A DNA stretch of 64,000 nt from an uncultured Actinomycetes bacterium (GCA_963805265.1 CAWDTJ010000004.1:195355-259354); one strand, 5' to 3'; shown: positions 28,380 to 38,916, counted from the stretch's first letter. Notes: generated by a model from the letters alone, not told the origin. Translations and numbers: made by a program.

Positions 28380-30131
28380 ATGCCCGAGACGGTCGCCCCG
28401 CGACGTACAGTTGCCAAGGCAACGCCGCTGATCCGGAAGCTAGTCGTCGCGATCGGAATCGGTCTTACGCTAGCCGCGCTTCGGTTCGACATCCTCGAGC
28501 AGTTGCAAGGCGTGGGGGCGAACTACTGGAACGACCGGAACACGCGTTCGCTCCTGGTCGTGCTGATCGCTGTTTGTTTCGGCTTCCTCGTCACGGCCGT
28601 GTTGCTCGAGAACGATCGCTATCTCGCCCCTGTGTCTGGGTTCGGAGCGATCCTCCTCGGGTTCTTCCTCTTCATCCCGGGTGCGATCGGCTTTGCTCAT
28701 CTGGGTGATCTCGGGCTCGGCGCCAACTTGGCGGTTGCGGGGAGCGCTCTGATCGTGTTGGGAGCCTTACCGACGAAGGCGCTCTTCTCGTGGCGTCGCT
28801 CACGCGAGCGCTACAGCCTCCGTCTCTACCTGACCTGGCTGACCGCCGCCGTCGGCTCCGGCATCGTCATCGTCTCGCTCGGGCGCCAGATCACCGCTTT
28901 CGTGATCTCTAGCCCGACCAGCACCGGCCTGACCGGGGAGCTCCCGCGCTACTGGACCTCCGCCGGCTTTGCGGGCGGCCACACACTCGGGGCCTTGATG
29001 CTCGTGCTTGCCGTGCTCGTGATCGTTTTCGCCGCTCTCGACGGTCTTTTGAGAGCGCCCGTGTTCGGCAGTTGGGCGCTGGCCGTTTCGCTACCGCTGC
29101 TTGGTTTGATGCTCTACTACCCCTTCAGCATCAACGAGATCGGCAATCTCAGCATCGGCGGCGGACTCGGGCTGGAGGGCGCCGCGCTGGCAGCGCTGGC
29201 TTCGCTGGCCGCAGTCGGCGTCGAGCGCGGCACCATCGAAGCAAGTGCATTGAACCTGCGCAGGCTCGCCGCGATCATCGGAATCGGCCTGGCGCTGGCG
29301 GGAACCTACACCAATCACTTCAGTGTTCCTGGAACGCTCTGGTCGGAGGACTCGACGCTGGCCGGCTTGCCGACCATTCTGGCTTTTCTCGCCGCCGGGA
29401 TCTTGATCTTCAGCTTTGTGTCCGCGCGGAGGTGGCTGCTGCCTGCGGTTAGTGTCATCGGTTGGATCGTCTTCGGCTACTTCGGCTACTCCCTGGCCTG
29501 GATCATGCCTCAGACCGGGCTGCTCGGGCCGGCCGTCTGGCTCGGTGTCGCCGGCGGTGCGCTGATGGGGTTGAGCGCGCTCTCGTTGTACTCGCGTGCG
29601 GCCTGGCGGAGGCGTCTCCCGAACATCGGTCGCGGGCGGCTCCTCGCCTGGCTCTCGGTCGCGGTCGGTATCTGTATCGCGCTGGTCTCGCTCTGGCTCG
29701 ACACCGAGCACGGGCAGACGCAAAGCGGCAAGCTCGTTCTCCTCAGCTACTGGAGCCTGGCCGGAGATCACTCGCTTGGCATCGTCATGCTCGTGCTTGC
29801 TGTCTCGACGCTACTCGCTTTGCTCGCTCTCCTGATCACTCGCTTTGCGGTTCTGAGCACCTGGGTGCTGGCCGCATCGCTCACGCTGCTCGGAATCTCG
29901 CTCTTGCTTCCCGCCATCGCGGCGTTCGGCCATCTCGGCTCGCTCCACAGCGGTGCCTGGCTCGCGCTCGTCGGCTCTCTCGTCGCCGGAGCGGGCGCCG
30001 TCGCCCTCTGGCTGCCTTATCAAATGGAAGCGAAGGTGGAATCGAACGAGACCGAGGAAGCGGCTCCGGGCCGGACGCGCGTGGCGCCCAAGGGAAAGCG
30101 GCGGGTACCCGAGATGCGCCGAGCCAAGTAG
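28380..30131 (+). CDS. Polytopic membrane protein, ~16 TM, made of four ~140-aa internal repeats
   Basis: AAAAGGAG lies before the ATG at 28380. Each repeat has a (N/R/S)YW or LW loop motif and a G-rich HLG.LG / G.LG.G segment (FAHLGDLGLGANLAV, INEIGNLSIGGGLGL, MPQTGLLGPAVWLGV, AFGHLGSLHSGAWLAL). Confidence 0.75.
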   Translation: MPETVAPRRTVAKATPLIRKLVVAIGIGLTLAALRFDILEQLQGVGANYWNDRNTRSLLVVLIAVCFGFLVTAVLLENDRYLAPVSGFGAILLGFFLFIPGAIGFAHLGDLGLGANLAVAGSALIVLGALPTKALFSWRRSRERYSLRLYLTWLTAAVGSGIVIVSLGRQITAFVISSPTSTGLTGELPRYWTSAGFAGGHTLGALMLVLAVLVIVFAALDGLLRAPVFGSWALAVSLPLLGLMLYYPFSINEIGNLSIGGGLGLEGAALAALASLAAVGVERGTIEASALNLRRLAAIIGIGLALAGTYTNHFSVPGTLWSEDSTLAGLPTILAFLAAGILIFSFVSARRWLLPAVSVIGWIVFGYFGYSLAWIMPQTGLLGPAVWLGVAGGALMGLSALSLYSRAAWRRRLPNIGRGRLLAWLSVAVGICIALVSLWLDTEHGQTQSGKLVLLSYWSLAGDHSLGIVMLVLAVSTLLALLALLITRFAVLSTWVLAASLTLLGISLLLPAIAAFGHLGSLHSGAWLALVGSLVAGAGAVALWLPYQMEAKVESNETEEAAPGRTRVAPKGKRRVPEMRRAK

Positions 30132-30217
30132 CCGTTCGGCTCGGCTCCAGACCGTCTTTTCGTACGCTTGACCTGTGCCGCTGCGGCCTGGAGATCTTCC
30201 GCCGCGGCGAGCGCTAC

Positions 30218-30263
30218 GCCAAGCGCCACGGCAAGCTGAAGCGCTCGGGCTAGTCGCCGCGGT
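30218..30263. repeat. Direct repeat, copy 1 (38 nt exact, ~46 nt with 2 mismatches)
   Basis: gccaagcgccacggcaagctgaagcgctcgggctagtc recurs at 30387-30424. Confidence 0.85.
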
Positions 30264-30386
30264 TCCGCTACCCAGCCAAAAATGAACACGGAATCGTTGC
30301 TTTCACGTGCGCCTTTCCTCGATACCGTTCTCCGCCCCGTGGGAGGGTGGGGGGTGGCGGGTGGTCAAGGAGGCGCGCGAACCCCG

Positions 30387-30432
30387 GCCAAGCGCCACGG
30401 CAAGCTGAAGCGCTCGGGCTAGTCACCGCAGC
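30387..30432. repeat. Direct repeat, copy 2; overlaps the stop codon and last codons of the minus-strand membrane gene
   Basis: Same 38-mer as 30218-30255. The cta at 30419-30421 is the stop of gene 30419..30961. Confidence 0.85.
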
Positions 30433-30961
30433 CGGAGCCGGTCGTCCAGATCAGCTCTACGGCGAGAATCGCGAAGATCCCGACGGTCATGGCGAGAGGC
30501 CAAAGGACGCGAATCCAGCGTGGCCGGGCGAAGCCGAGATAGCCAATCGAGTAATAGGCGATCGCAGGAGCGAGCCACCCGATCGCGGCTGGTCCGTTTT
30601 CTTCGCCCAAACCGCAAAGCCGGTTCTCGATAGAGACGAGAATGGCTACAACCGCAACCGGGATGAACACCAGAAAACTCAAAATAACCGCTTGAACAGC
30701 CCAAGTGAACGCTTTAGGTTGCTCGAGCGAGTTGAGCTGCGACCACCCGACGATGCCGCCGACGAGAACTCCCAAGCCGACGACAACAAGGGTCCAGATT
30801 CGAAGGTTGAAGAGCGCGAGCCAGAATCCGGTCAATGCGGCGCTGGCGGCGACAAACCACAGTAAGCGACGTACGAACACGGGGAGTGCCTCTACATCGA
30901 CCACGTCTACTGACCATAGCAAACATGCTATTGGTTGTCTATCCCGCTTCTCGCAGCGCAC
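30419..30961 (-). CDS. Integral membrane protein (about 5 TM); start uncertain
   Basis: Hydrophobic ORF. An internal GTG (VFVRRLLWFVAASAAL...) near 30877 is an alternative start. Confidence 0.6.
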   Translation of the reverse strand: MRCEKRDRQPIACLLWSVDVVDVEALPVFVRRLLWFVAASAALTGFWLALFNLRIWTLVVVGLGVLVGGIVGWSQLNSLEQPKAFTWAVQAVILSFLVFIPVAVVAILVSIENRLCGLGEENGPAAIGWLAPAIAYYSIGYLGFARPRWIRVLWPLAMTVGIFAILAVELIWTTGSGCGD

Positions 30962-30992
30962 GTTGACCGCCTCTGACTACTAGGCTTTCGGC

Positions 30993-32562
30993 ATGCGCGG
31001 CGCGATCGCGGCCGGTCATCCCCTGACCGCTCAGGCAGGAGCTCGAGTCCTGGCCGAGGGCGGCTCGGCCGTTGACGCCTGCATCGCCGCCTCGTTCGCC
31101 TCCTGGGTGGCCGAGAGCATGCTCTCCGGCCCCGGCGCGGGCGGCTACTTCCTCGTGCACGATGCGGCGAGCCGGCGGACGCGTTTGGCCGACTTCTTCG
31201 TCTGCGAGCCCGGGCTCGGGGGCGGAAAGCGAGAGCACGCCGAGATGGAGCAGGTCGACGTCGCCTTCCAGCCGGATTCCTTGCAAGCGTTCTCGATCGG
31301 CGCGGCATCGTGTGCCGTGCCGGGCGCGCGCGAAGGGCCTCGAGGAAGTGCACCGCCGTTTCGGCCGCCTGCCCTGGCGGGAGCTGGTCGCGCCGGCGAT
31401 CGAGTTGGCCCGCCACGGCGTCGAGATCACGCCGGCGCAGGCTTTCCTGCACCAGATTCTCGATCCGATCCTTCGTCACGGCGCCGAAGGTCGTCGCGTC
31501 TACGAGATCGAGGGAAGGCGCTATCAGGCCGGCGACGTCTTTCGGCCGACCGATCTCGCCCGCATGCTCGAGCAGCTCGCCGAGGAGGGAGCCGATGCGC
31601 TCTACGGCGGAGATCTCGGCCGGCGGCTGGTCGCGCACTTCCAGGGCGAGGGCGGGAAGATCACGCTCCAGGATCTCGAGCGCTACCGCGTCGTCTGGCG
31701 CCGGCCGGTGCGCTCGCGCTACCGCGACTGCGAGTTCGTCTCCAATCCGCCCCCTTCTTCGGGCGGGATCCTCGTCGCCTACGGACTTCGCCTTCTGGAC
31801 GAGTTGGGCAAGGGGGGAGCGCCGGGCAGCACACAGGCGCTCGCGCGCCTGGTCGAGGTAATGCGCGAGCAAACCCGGGCCCGCTCGGCGCGAGGCTACG
31901 CCGGCGCTCTTCGCCGCGGCGGGCTGGCTGCCAGGTTGCTCTCGGACGATTCGCTGCGCGCGGGCGTCGAGCGAGTACGGCGCGCGGAGGCCGCCGGGCC
32001 GGAGCCGCGCAGCGCCAACGGCACGACCCACATCGCGGTCGTCGATTCGCAAGCGAACGCCGCCTCGCTCACCTGCTCGCTCGGCTCCAGCTCGGGCGTG
32101 ATCGTGGCCGGTACCGGCATCCACCTGAACAACATGCTCGGGGAAGAGGACCTGGTCGCGGGAACAGAGCGCCCGGGCGAGCGGCTGACCAGCATGATGG
32201 CGCCTTCGATCGTCTTCGCGAGCGGGCGGCCGCGGTTGGTGCTGGGCAGCGCCGGCTCGGTTCGGCTGCGCGGGGCGATCATGCAGACGGTGGTGAACGT
32301 GATCGGGCAAGGCCTGCCGGTGGAGGAGGCCGTGACGCGGGCGCGCGTGCACCTGGACGAGCCGATCGTGCAGTGCGAGGGAGGAGAGGACGTCGATCCT
32401 GCGGCGCTGGACGGGCTCGAGCGGCTTGGTTACGAGCTCGTGCGCTGGCGCGGCCCCAACCTCTTCTTCGGCGGCGTCCAGGCGGTGGAGGTGCGCTCCG
32501 ACGGCGCCCTGGCCGCGGCCGGCGATCCCAGGCGCGGCGGTCACGGAGCGGTGGTCGCGTGA
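30993..32562 (+). CDS. ggt: Gamma-glutamyltransferase, one frameshift near 31325
   Basis: The N-terminal part (MRGAIAAGHPLTAQAGARVLAEGGSAVDA) is in the frame of 30993. The rest (AKGLEEVHRRFGRLPW...NGTTHIAVVD...GDPRRGG) is in the frame of 31072..32562. The break lies in a gcgcgcgcg run. Confidence 0.85.
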
Positions 32563-33072
32563 GCGAGGAGCTGACGAATCCGCCGCGCCGTCCCCGCTGA
32601 CGCCGATGCGCTCTCGCGCCTGGCCCGTTCGGTCGCGGCCGAGCCGGGCGGCTGGCTGCTCACGCTGGGAACCTGGCGCTCGGGCTCGGAGGAACGCCGC
32701 GCGATCCGTCTTCTTCGCCGCCACCCCGACGCCGCGATCCTCGTCGCCGAGACGGACGAGGGAGTCGTCGGGCGCCTGTCGCTGACGCGCGATCACCACC
32801 CGTCCTCGCAGCACGTCGCCGATCTGGGCGTGATGGTGGCGAGCCCCTACCGCCGCCGCGGGATCGGGCGCGCCCTGCTGGAAGCCGCGGTCGAATGGGC
32901 GCGAGCGAACGGCGTGAGCAAGCTCGAGCTGCACGTCTTCCCGCACAACGAGGCCGCGATCAAGCTTTACGAGTCGTTCGGCTTCGAGCACGAGGGTTAT
33001 CGCAAGAGCCACTACCACCGCGGCCAGGAGTACGTCGACGCGATTTTGATGGCCTACTTCGTGAAAGACTAA
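32559..33072 (+). CDS. GNAT-family N-acetyltransferase (frame break near 32580 at the very 5' end)
   Basis: Core motif VASPYRRRGIGRALLEAAVEWAR. The frame is open back to IRRAVPADADALSRLA... but has no in-frame start. A GTG at 32559 (overlapping the ggt stop) is one base out of frame. Confidence 0.7.
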
Positions 33073-33193
33073 GCGAGGTGCGCCTCTGGACGCTGCAACT
33101 ACGCCGAGCGCACTTGAGACGGCGACCCGGCTTTCTTCGATAAGCGCCGCTCGATTCGAAGCTGGCCGCCACCCCTCCTAGAATGGTCTGGCC

Positions 33194-36100
33194 GTGAGCG
33201 CCGAGTTCGTCCATCTGCACGTCCATTCCGAGTATTCGATCCTGGACGGAGCGTGCAGGGTGCCGGCGCTCGCCGCACGGGCCGCGGAGTTGGAGATGCC
33301 CGCCGTGGCGCTCACCGACCACGGCTCGCTGGCCGGGGCGGTCGAGTTCTACCGCCAGGCCGGCAAGCAGGGCGTCAAGCCGGTGATCGGCTCGGAGCTG
33401 TATGTCTGCGACGACCGGAGCGTGCAGAAGAAGGGCAATGCCCATCTGACCGTTCTCGCCGGCACGAACGAGGGCTACGGCAACCTGATCAAGCTTTCCT
33501 CGCTCGGCTATCTCGAGGGCTACTACTACCGGCCGCGCGTCGACTGGGAGCTGCTCGAGCGCTATTCGAAGGGCCTGATCGTGCTTTCGGGCTGTCTCTC
33601 GGGACGCGTCTGCAAGGCGCTGGAGGAGAATCGTCCCGCCGACGCCGAGGCCGAGCTCGATCGGCTCGTCCAGATCTTCGGGCGCGACAACGTCTACGTC
33701 GAGCTACAGAACGCCGGGCTCGAGGTGCAGCAGCGGATCAACCCGAATCTCGTCGAGCTGGCGCGCGCGAAGAAGATGCCGCTGGTCGCCACCGGCGACG
33801 TCCACTACCTGCGCCGCGAGGACGCCCTCCCGCACGAGGCCCTGCTCTGCATTCAGTCGGGCGACTCGCTCAAGAACCCCAACCACTGGCGCTTCGACTC
33901 CGACCAGTTCTTCCTGAAGACGCCCGAGGAGATGGCGCTCGACTTCGTCGGCCACGAGGACGCAATGCGTCGCACGCTCGAGATTGCCGAGCGCTGTTCA
34001 GTCGAGATCGAGCTGGGCCGGATCCTCCTGCCCTCGTTCCCGACGCCCGGGGGACGCGACGCCTTCGAGTACCTCGTCGAGCTCTGCGAGGAGGGGCTGA
34101 AGCACCGCTACGGCACGGTGACCCCGGAGCTCGATGACCGGCTCCGCTTCGAGCTCAAGACGATCCGCGAGATGGGCTTCGCCGACTACTTCCTGATCGT
34201 CTCGGACTTCGTCCACTTTGCAAAGCAAAACGGGGTCGGAGTCGGGCCCGGCCGCGGCTCCGCCGCCGGCTCGATCGTGGCCTACAGCCTCGACATCACC
34301 GACATCGACCCGATCCGCTACGACCTGCTGTTCGAGCGCTTCCTCAATCCCGGGCGCAAGTCGATGCCCGACATCGACATCGACTTCTCGGTGGAGGGCC
34401 GCGAGCGCGTGATCAACTACGTGGCCGAGAAGTACGGTCGCGACAGGGTTGCGCAGATCATCACTTTCGGCACGATGGCCGCGAGAGCCGCGGTACGCGA
34501 CTCAGGGCGCGTGCTCGAGATACCCTACGGCGCTGTCGACCGCATCGCCAAGCTGATCCCCGAGGGTCCGGGACAGACGCTCGATGAGTGTCTCAAGCCC
34601 GGCCAGGAACTGCGCGCCGCCTACGAATCCGACTCCATCTGCAAGGAAGTCGTCGATCTGGCCAGGCCGCTCGAGGGCCTGGTGCGCCAGGATTCGATCC
34701 ATGCCGCCGGCGTGGTGATCGGAGCCCAACCGCTGACCGAGATCGTGCCGCTGCAGCAGAAGGGCTCCGACCAAGAGGTGGTGACGCAGTTCTCGATGGG
34801 TAACGTCGAGGCCCTCGGGCTGCTGAAGATGGACTTCCTGGGTCTGCGCAACCTGGACGTGATCGACAAGGCGATCGGGCTGATCGGCGGCCTGGACATC
34901 TCCCAGATCGCCCTCGACGACGCCAAGACCTACGCCATGCTCGCCTGCGGCGACTCGACCGGCGTCTTCCAGTTCGAGTCCACGGGCATGCGCGATGCGC
35001 TGCGCCAGGTCAAGCCGACCCAGTTCGAGGATCTGATCGCGCTGGTCGCGCTTTACCGGCCGGGCCCGATGCAGTACATCCCCGGCTACGCCCGGCGCAA
35101 GCACGGCAAGGAGGAGGTGACCTTCGCCGACGAGCGCCTGAAGCCGATCACCGGCCCGACCCACGGGATCTGCATCTACCAGGAGCAGTACATGGAGATC
35201 GCCAAGCACCTGGCCGGCTTCAGCCCGGCCGAGGCCGACGATCTGCGCAAGGCGATCGGCAAGAAGATTCACAAGCTGATGGCCTCGCTGAAGGAGAAGT
35301 TCATCGCCGGGTGCCAGGCGAACGGGGTGCAGCTGAAGGTCGCGCGCCAGCTCTGGGAAGACATGGAGAAGGCGCAGGACTACTCCTTCAACAAGTCGCA
35401 CGCTGCCTGCTACGCGCTGATCGCCTATCGCACCGCCTGGCTCAAGGCGCACCATCCCTGCGCGTACATGGCCGCGCTGATCTCCTCGGTGATGAACACC
35501 AAGGACCGCGTGCCCTTCTACGTCAACGCCTGCGACGAGATGGGAATCGAGGTACTACCGCCCGACGTCAACTACTCGCAGAGCGACTTCGCGGTTGTCG
35601 AGGGCAAGATCCGTTTCGGCCTGAACGCCGTCAAGGGCGTGGGCGAGGGGGCGGCACGCGCGATCATCTGCGGCCGCGAGAAAGGCGGCCCGTACACGTC
35701 GGTCTGGGACTTCGCGGCGCGGATCGATACCGGTTGCGTGAACAAGCGCGTACTCGAGGCGCTGATCAAGTGCGGAGCCTTCGACTCGACCGGGGCAACC
35801 CGCCGGGGCACGCTCGAGCTGCTCGACCAGATCGTCGGTTGGGGGCAGAAGCAGGCAGCGGACAGGGTCACCGGACAGGGCTCGATCTTCGACCTCGGCT
35901 CCGAAGAGTCTGGACGAGCCTCGCGCCATCACCCGGAGATCTCGCCGCTCGAGTTCGAGAAGCCCGAGCTGCTGCGATTCGAGAAAGAGGTGCTCGGACT
36001 CTACGCATCCGAGCATCCGCTGCACGGGATCCGCGAGCAGCTACGGCGCAAGACCGACTGCACGCTGGCCGACCTCGACCGGCGCCGCGACGGCGAGGTC

Positions 36101-36580
36101 GTGGTCGTGGGAGGCATCGTCGGCAGCGTTCGCCAGCTCACCACCAAGAAGGGCGACCCGATGGCCTTCATGCGCCTCGACGATGTCACCGGCGGCGCTG
36201 AGGTGGTTGTCTTCAACTCCGTCTACGCGCAGTCGAGAGAGCTCTGCTCCTCCGACCAGATCCTGATCGTGAAGGGGAGGATCGACCATAAGGAAGGCGA
36301 GTCGAAGCTGCTGGCGCTGGAGCTGAATGCCTTCGAGGCGATTCCCGAGCGGCGCGAGGTGCGCCTGCGAGTGGATGCGCGACGGGCGCCGGCCGGGATC
36401 GTCGGCGAGCTGGCGGCGCTGGTGCGCGATTACCCCGGTGATTCGCCGGTCGTCTTGGACGTGGAGACCACCGACGGTGCGAGGCAACTCCAGCTGGGGT
36501 CGGCCTACAAAGTGCAGCCGAGCGGGGACTTCTTCGCTGAAGCAAAGGCTCTGCTGGGGGAGGCCGGCGTCAGCGTCTGA
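33194..36580 (+). CDS. dnaE: DNA polymerase III alpha subunit
   Basis: Intact 1128-aa ORF with PHP domain (FVHLHVHSEYSILDGA), palm/fingers (GPGRGSAAGS, DIDIDF) and an OB-fold C-terminus. Confidence 0.95.
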   Translation: MSAEFVHLHVHSEYSILDGACRVPALAARAAELEMPAVALTDHGSLAGAVEFYRQAGKQGVKPVIGSELYVCDDRSVQKKGNAHLTVLAGTNEGYGNLIKLSSLGYLEGYYYRPRVDWELLERYSKGLIVLSGCLSGRVCKALEENRPADAEAELDRLVQIFGRDNVYVELQNAGLEVQQRINPNLVELARAKKMPLVATGDVHYLRREDALPHEALLCIQSGDSLKNPNHWRFDSDQFFLKTPEEMALDFVGHEDAMRRTLEIAERCSVEIELGRILLPSFPTPGGRDAFEYLVELCEEGLKHRYGTVTPELDDRLRFELKTIREMGFADYFLIVSDFVHFAKQNGVGVGPGRGSAAGSIVAYSLDITDIDPIRYDLLFERFLNPGRKSMPDIDIDFSVEGRERVINYVAEKYGRDRVAQIITFGTMAARAAVRDSGRVLEIPYGAVDRIAKLIPEGPGQTLDECLKPGQELRAAYESDSICKEVVDLARPLEGLVRQDSIHAAGVVIGAQPLTEIVPLQQKGSDQEVVTQFSMGNVEALGLLKMDFLGLRNLDVIDKAIGLIGGLDISQIALDDAKTYAMLACGDSTGVFQFESTGMRDALRQVKPTQFEDLIALVALYRPGPMQYIPGYARRKHGKEEVTFADERLKPITGPTHGICIYQEQYMEIAKHLAGFSPAEADDLRKAIGKKIHKLMASLKEKFIAGCQANGVQLKVARQLWEDMEKAQDYSFNKSHAACYALIAYRTAWLKAHHPCAYMAALISSVMNTKDRVPFYVNACDEMGIEVLPPDVNYSQSDFAVVEGKIRFGLNAVKGVGEGAARAIICGREKGGPYTSVWDFAARIDTGCVNKRVLEALIKCGAFDSTGATRRGTLELLDQIVGWGQKQAADRVTGQGSIFDLGSEESGRASRHHPEISPLEFEKPELLRFEKEVLGLYASEHPLHGIREQLRRKTDCTLADLDRRRDGEVVVVGGIVGSVRQLTTKKGDPMAFMRLDDVTGGAEVVVFNSVYAQSRELCSSDQILIVKGRIDHKEGESKLLALELNAFEAIPERREVRLRVDARRAPAGIVGELAALVRDYPGDSPVVLDVETTDGARQLQLGSAYKVQPSGDFFAEAKALLGEAGVSV

Positions 36581-36870
36581 AAGCGTCGGCGCGGCCGCCT
36601 GGGGGGACGGCTAGATGAAGGGGTCTACGTAGCGCTCGTGTGACTGCAGAAGCTAACGATGACGCACGACGAAACCCTGAAACACTGCTCGAGCGAACGC
36701 CCGCCGATGTTCTCGTAGGCGCCGCCAACGAACGGAAGGGTGTCTCTTCTCGCGCCCCGAGCCTCTAAGAGTTTGTTAAGACTTACCTTTACCAGTGCTA
36801 GATCCCTCTTGAAGGGGACAGAACTTCGCTAACGTGAACCGAAAGACTGGTGAGAGAGGCAGCTAGACAG

Positions 36871-37074
36871 ATGACCGCGGCAAACGTGAATCTCGTAACC
36901 GAGTCGGAGCTCGAGCGGATCGTCCGCTGGCGCAGTGAAGAGCTCGAGCGTGCCGGCTACTCGAGCGATGGATCCGTCGCCCTCGCCGCCCGCCTCGACA
37001 TCGATCTGCACGACGCGATCGACCTCGTCAAGAGCGGCTGCCCGGCCGAAATCGCGCTGCGCATCCTGCTCTAG
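36871..37074 (+). CDS. Small conserved hypothetical protein (67 aa)
   Basis: ATG at 36871 with GAGAGAGG upstream. The C-terminal DLHDAIDLVKSGCPAEIALRILL resembles a small actinobacterial protein family (from memory). Confidence 0.45.
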   Translation: MTAANVNLVTESELERIVRWRSEELERAGYSSDGSVALAARLDIDLHDAIDLVKSGCPAEIALRILL

Positions 37075-37154
37075 CCTCTTCCCGGGCAAGGCCCGAACCA
37101 GAGACCGAGGCGCCTGACAGCCCTTGGCTCGTCACGGCGAACGCGGAAGCTGAG

Positions 37155-38117
37155 ATGATTGCGCCCATGACGATCCTCGCTTCGATTTCTTCGCCCGAGC
37201 ACAGCACCTTCGCTCTCGGGCCGCTGACCTTTCACTACTACGGCCTCACGCTCCTCGTCGCCATCGCGGCTTGCGTCGCCCTGACCGGCGTGCGCTATGT
37301 ACGCCGTGGTGGCAACTGGGACCTGATCTTCCAGGTCGCCGTCTGGGGCGTGCTCGCAGGCGTGGTCGGCGCTCGCCTCTACCACGACCTGACGAGCTGG
37401 AGCGAGGTCTCCCAGATCCACCACTGGTGGGCCCCGTTCGCCGTCTGGAAGGGCGGCCTGGGAATCTACGGGGGACTGTTGTTCGGCGTCGCTGCCGGCG
37501 CGATCGTGGTGCATCGAGCGGGCGAGAGCATCGTCAAGATGCTGGACATCGTTGCCCCCGGCCTCCTGCTCGCGCAGGGTATAGGGCGCCTTGGCAACTA
37601 CTTCAACCAGGAACTGTTCGGCAAGCCCACCGACCTACCCTGGGCTCTTCAGATCGACCTGGCCAACCGGCCGAGCGGCTACGAGCGCTTCGCGACCTTT
37701 CAACCGGTCTTTCTCTACGAGCTCGTGCTCGCTCTCCTCGGTGTCGCGATGTTGCTTCTACTCGATCGCCGCTACAAGTTCCGCCCACCGGCGCTCTTCT
37801 CTCTCTACGTCGCCTACTACGCGCTCCTGCGCTTCTTCATGGAGCTGCTGCGCATCGACCCGGCCCATCACTTCCTCGGGCTGCGCCTCAATGCCTGGGT
37901 CTCGCTGCTCCTGTTCGTTCTTGCCTGGGGATTCTTCGTCTGGTGGCAGTTCTTCCGCTCGGGTGAGATCCCGAGCGAGGGAGCGGGCCCGCCCTCGTCC
38001 GGAAACCCCGAGCCGAAGAAGCGGAGAGTCGGCCGAAAGCCCAAGGAGCCGTCGGTGAAGGTGAAGGGCCCGCGCATGACGGTGCCCAAGAAGGGGCGCG
38101 TCCGACCGGGCCGCTAG
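37155..38117 (+). CDS. lgt: Prolipoprotein diacylglyceryl transferase with a basic C-terminal tail
   Basis: Contains GRLGNYFNQELFGKPTDLPWAL and YPTFLYE-like FQPVFLYE. Confidence 0.9.
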   Translation: MIAPMTILASISSPEHSTFALGPLTFHYYGLTLLVAIAACVALTGVRYVRRGGNWDLIFQVAVWGVLAGVVGARLYHDLTSWSEVSQIHHWWAPFAVWKGGLGIYGGLLFGVAAGAIVVHRAGESIVKMLDIVAPGLLLAQGIGRLGNYFNQELFGKPTDLPWALQIDLANRPSGYERFATFQPVFLYELVLALLGVAMLLLLDRRYKFRPPALFSLYVAYYALLRFFMELLRIDPAHHFLGLRLNAWVSLLLFVLAWGFFVWWQFFRSGEIPSEGAGPPSSGNPEPKKRRVGRKPKEPSVKVKGPRMTVPKKGRVRPGR

Positions 38118-38127
38118 GCTCGCCCGG

Positions 38128-38916
38128 ATGCGCGTCGCCGAGCTCGAGCTAGACCTCGAGGCATTCGAGGGTCCTTTCGACCTTCTCCTTACGCTTGTGC
38201 TCAAGGAGGAGCTCGACCTGGCTGAGGTCGATGTGGCCGAGGTGGTGCTCGCCTTCGTCGAGAGCCTGCTCGAGCGCACCGGCCCAAACGAGCGGGCCGC
38301 GCCCGAGTTGGGAGAGGGCGAGCTCGAGACCTGCGGCGAGTTCCTGGTGCTGGTGTCAGCTCTGCTCGAGCTGAAGGCCAGGCTGCTGTTCGACGATGAG
38401 GCGGCGGAGCTGGCCGAGCTCGAGCCCGAGGAGGCGGCCGAGGAGCTGGCTCGCCGGCTGGCCGCTTACCGGCGCACGAAGGAGGCGGCGGCCTGGTTCG
38501 CGAGCAGGCTAGAGCAGGAGCAGGACCGCTTCTTTCGGCTCGGCCCGGCTCCACTCCGCCCACCCGTCGAGCGTCCGGTCGCGCCTCAGGATCCCGCCGC
38601 GCTGGCCGCCGCCCTGCGTCTGCTCGCCACGCCGCCCGAGACGGTCTCGCTGGCGCACATGTCACTTCGCTATCCGCCACTCGAGCAGTTCGTGCAGCGT
38701 TTCCGCTCGCTACTCGCCAGGCGCAGCCGATTCGACTTCGAGAACGAGCTCGGCGAGCTATCACGGGTCGAGCAGGCGGTCGCCTTTCTCGCCCTGCTGG
38801 AGCTCGGCAGGCTGGGCGAGATAGCGATCAACCAGGCGGCGCCGTTCGCACCGATCCGCGTCGAGAGAAGAATCGTAGAGAGGAGTTCCGCATGGAAGAG
38901 CGCCCGCTCCGCCTGA
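38128..38916 (+). CDS. scpA: Segregation and condensation protein A
   Basis: Has FEGPFDLLLTLVLKEELDL at the N-terminus and FLALLEL near the C-terminus. Confidence 0.85.
   Translation: MRVAELELDLEAFEGPFDLLLTLVLKEELDLAEVDVAEVVLAFVESLLERTGPNERAAPELGEGELETCGEFLVLVSALLELKARLLFDDEAAELAELEPEEAAEELARRLAAYRRTKEAAAWFASRLEQEQDRFFRLGPAPLRPPVERPVAPQDPAALAAALRLLATPPETVSLAHMSLRYPPLEQFVQRFRSLLARRSRFDFENELGELSRVEQAVAFLALLELGRLGEIAINQAAPFAPIRVERRIVERSSAWKSARSA

Noticed and set aside
30928-33018. 696-aa minus-strand ORF
   Set aside because: It is antisense to ggt and the GNAT gene. The composition is Arg/Ala/Pro-rich with no motifs, while the plus strand carries clear GGT and GNAT signatures.
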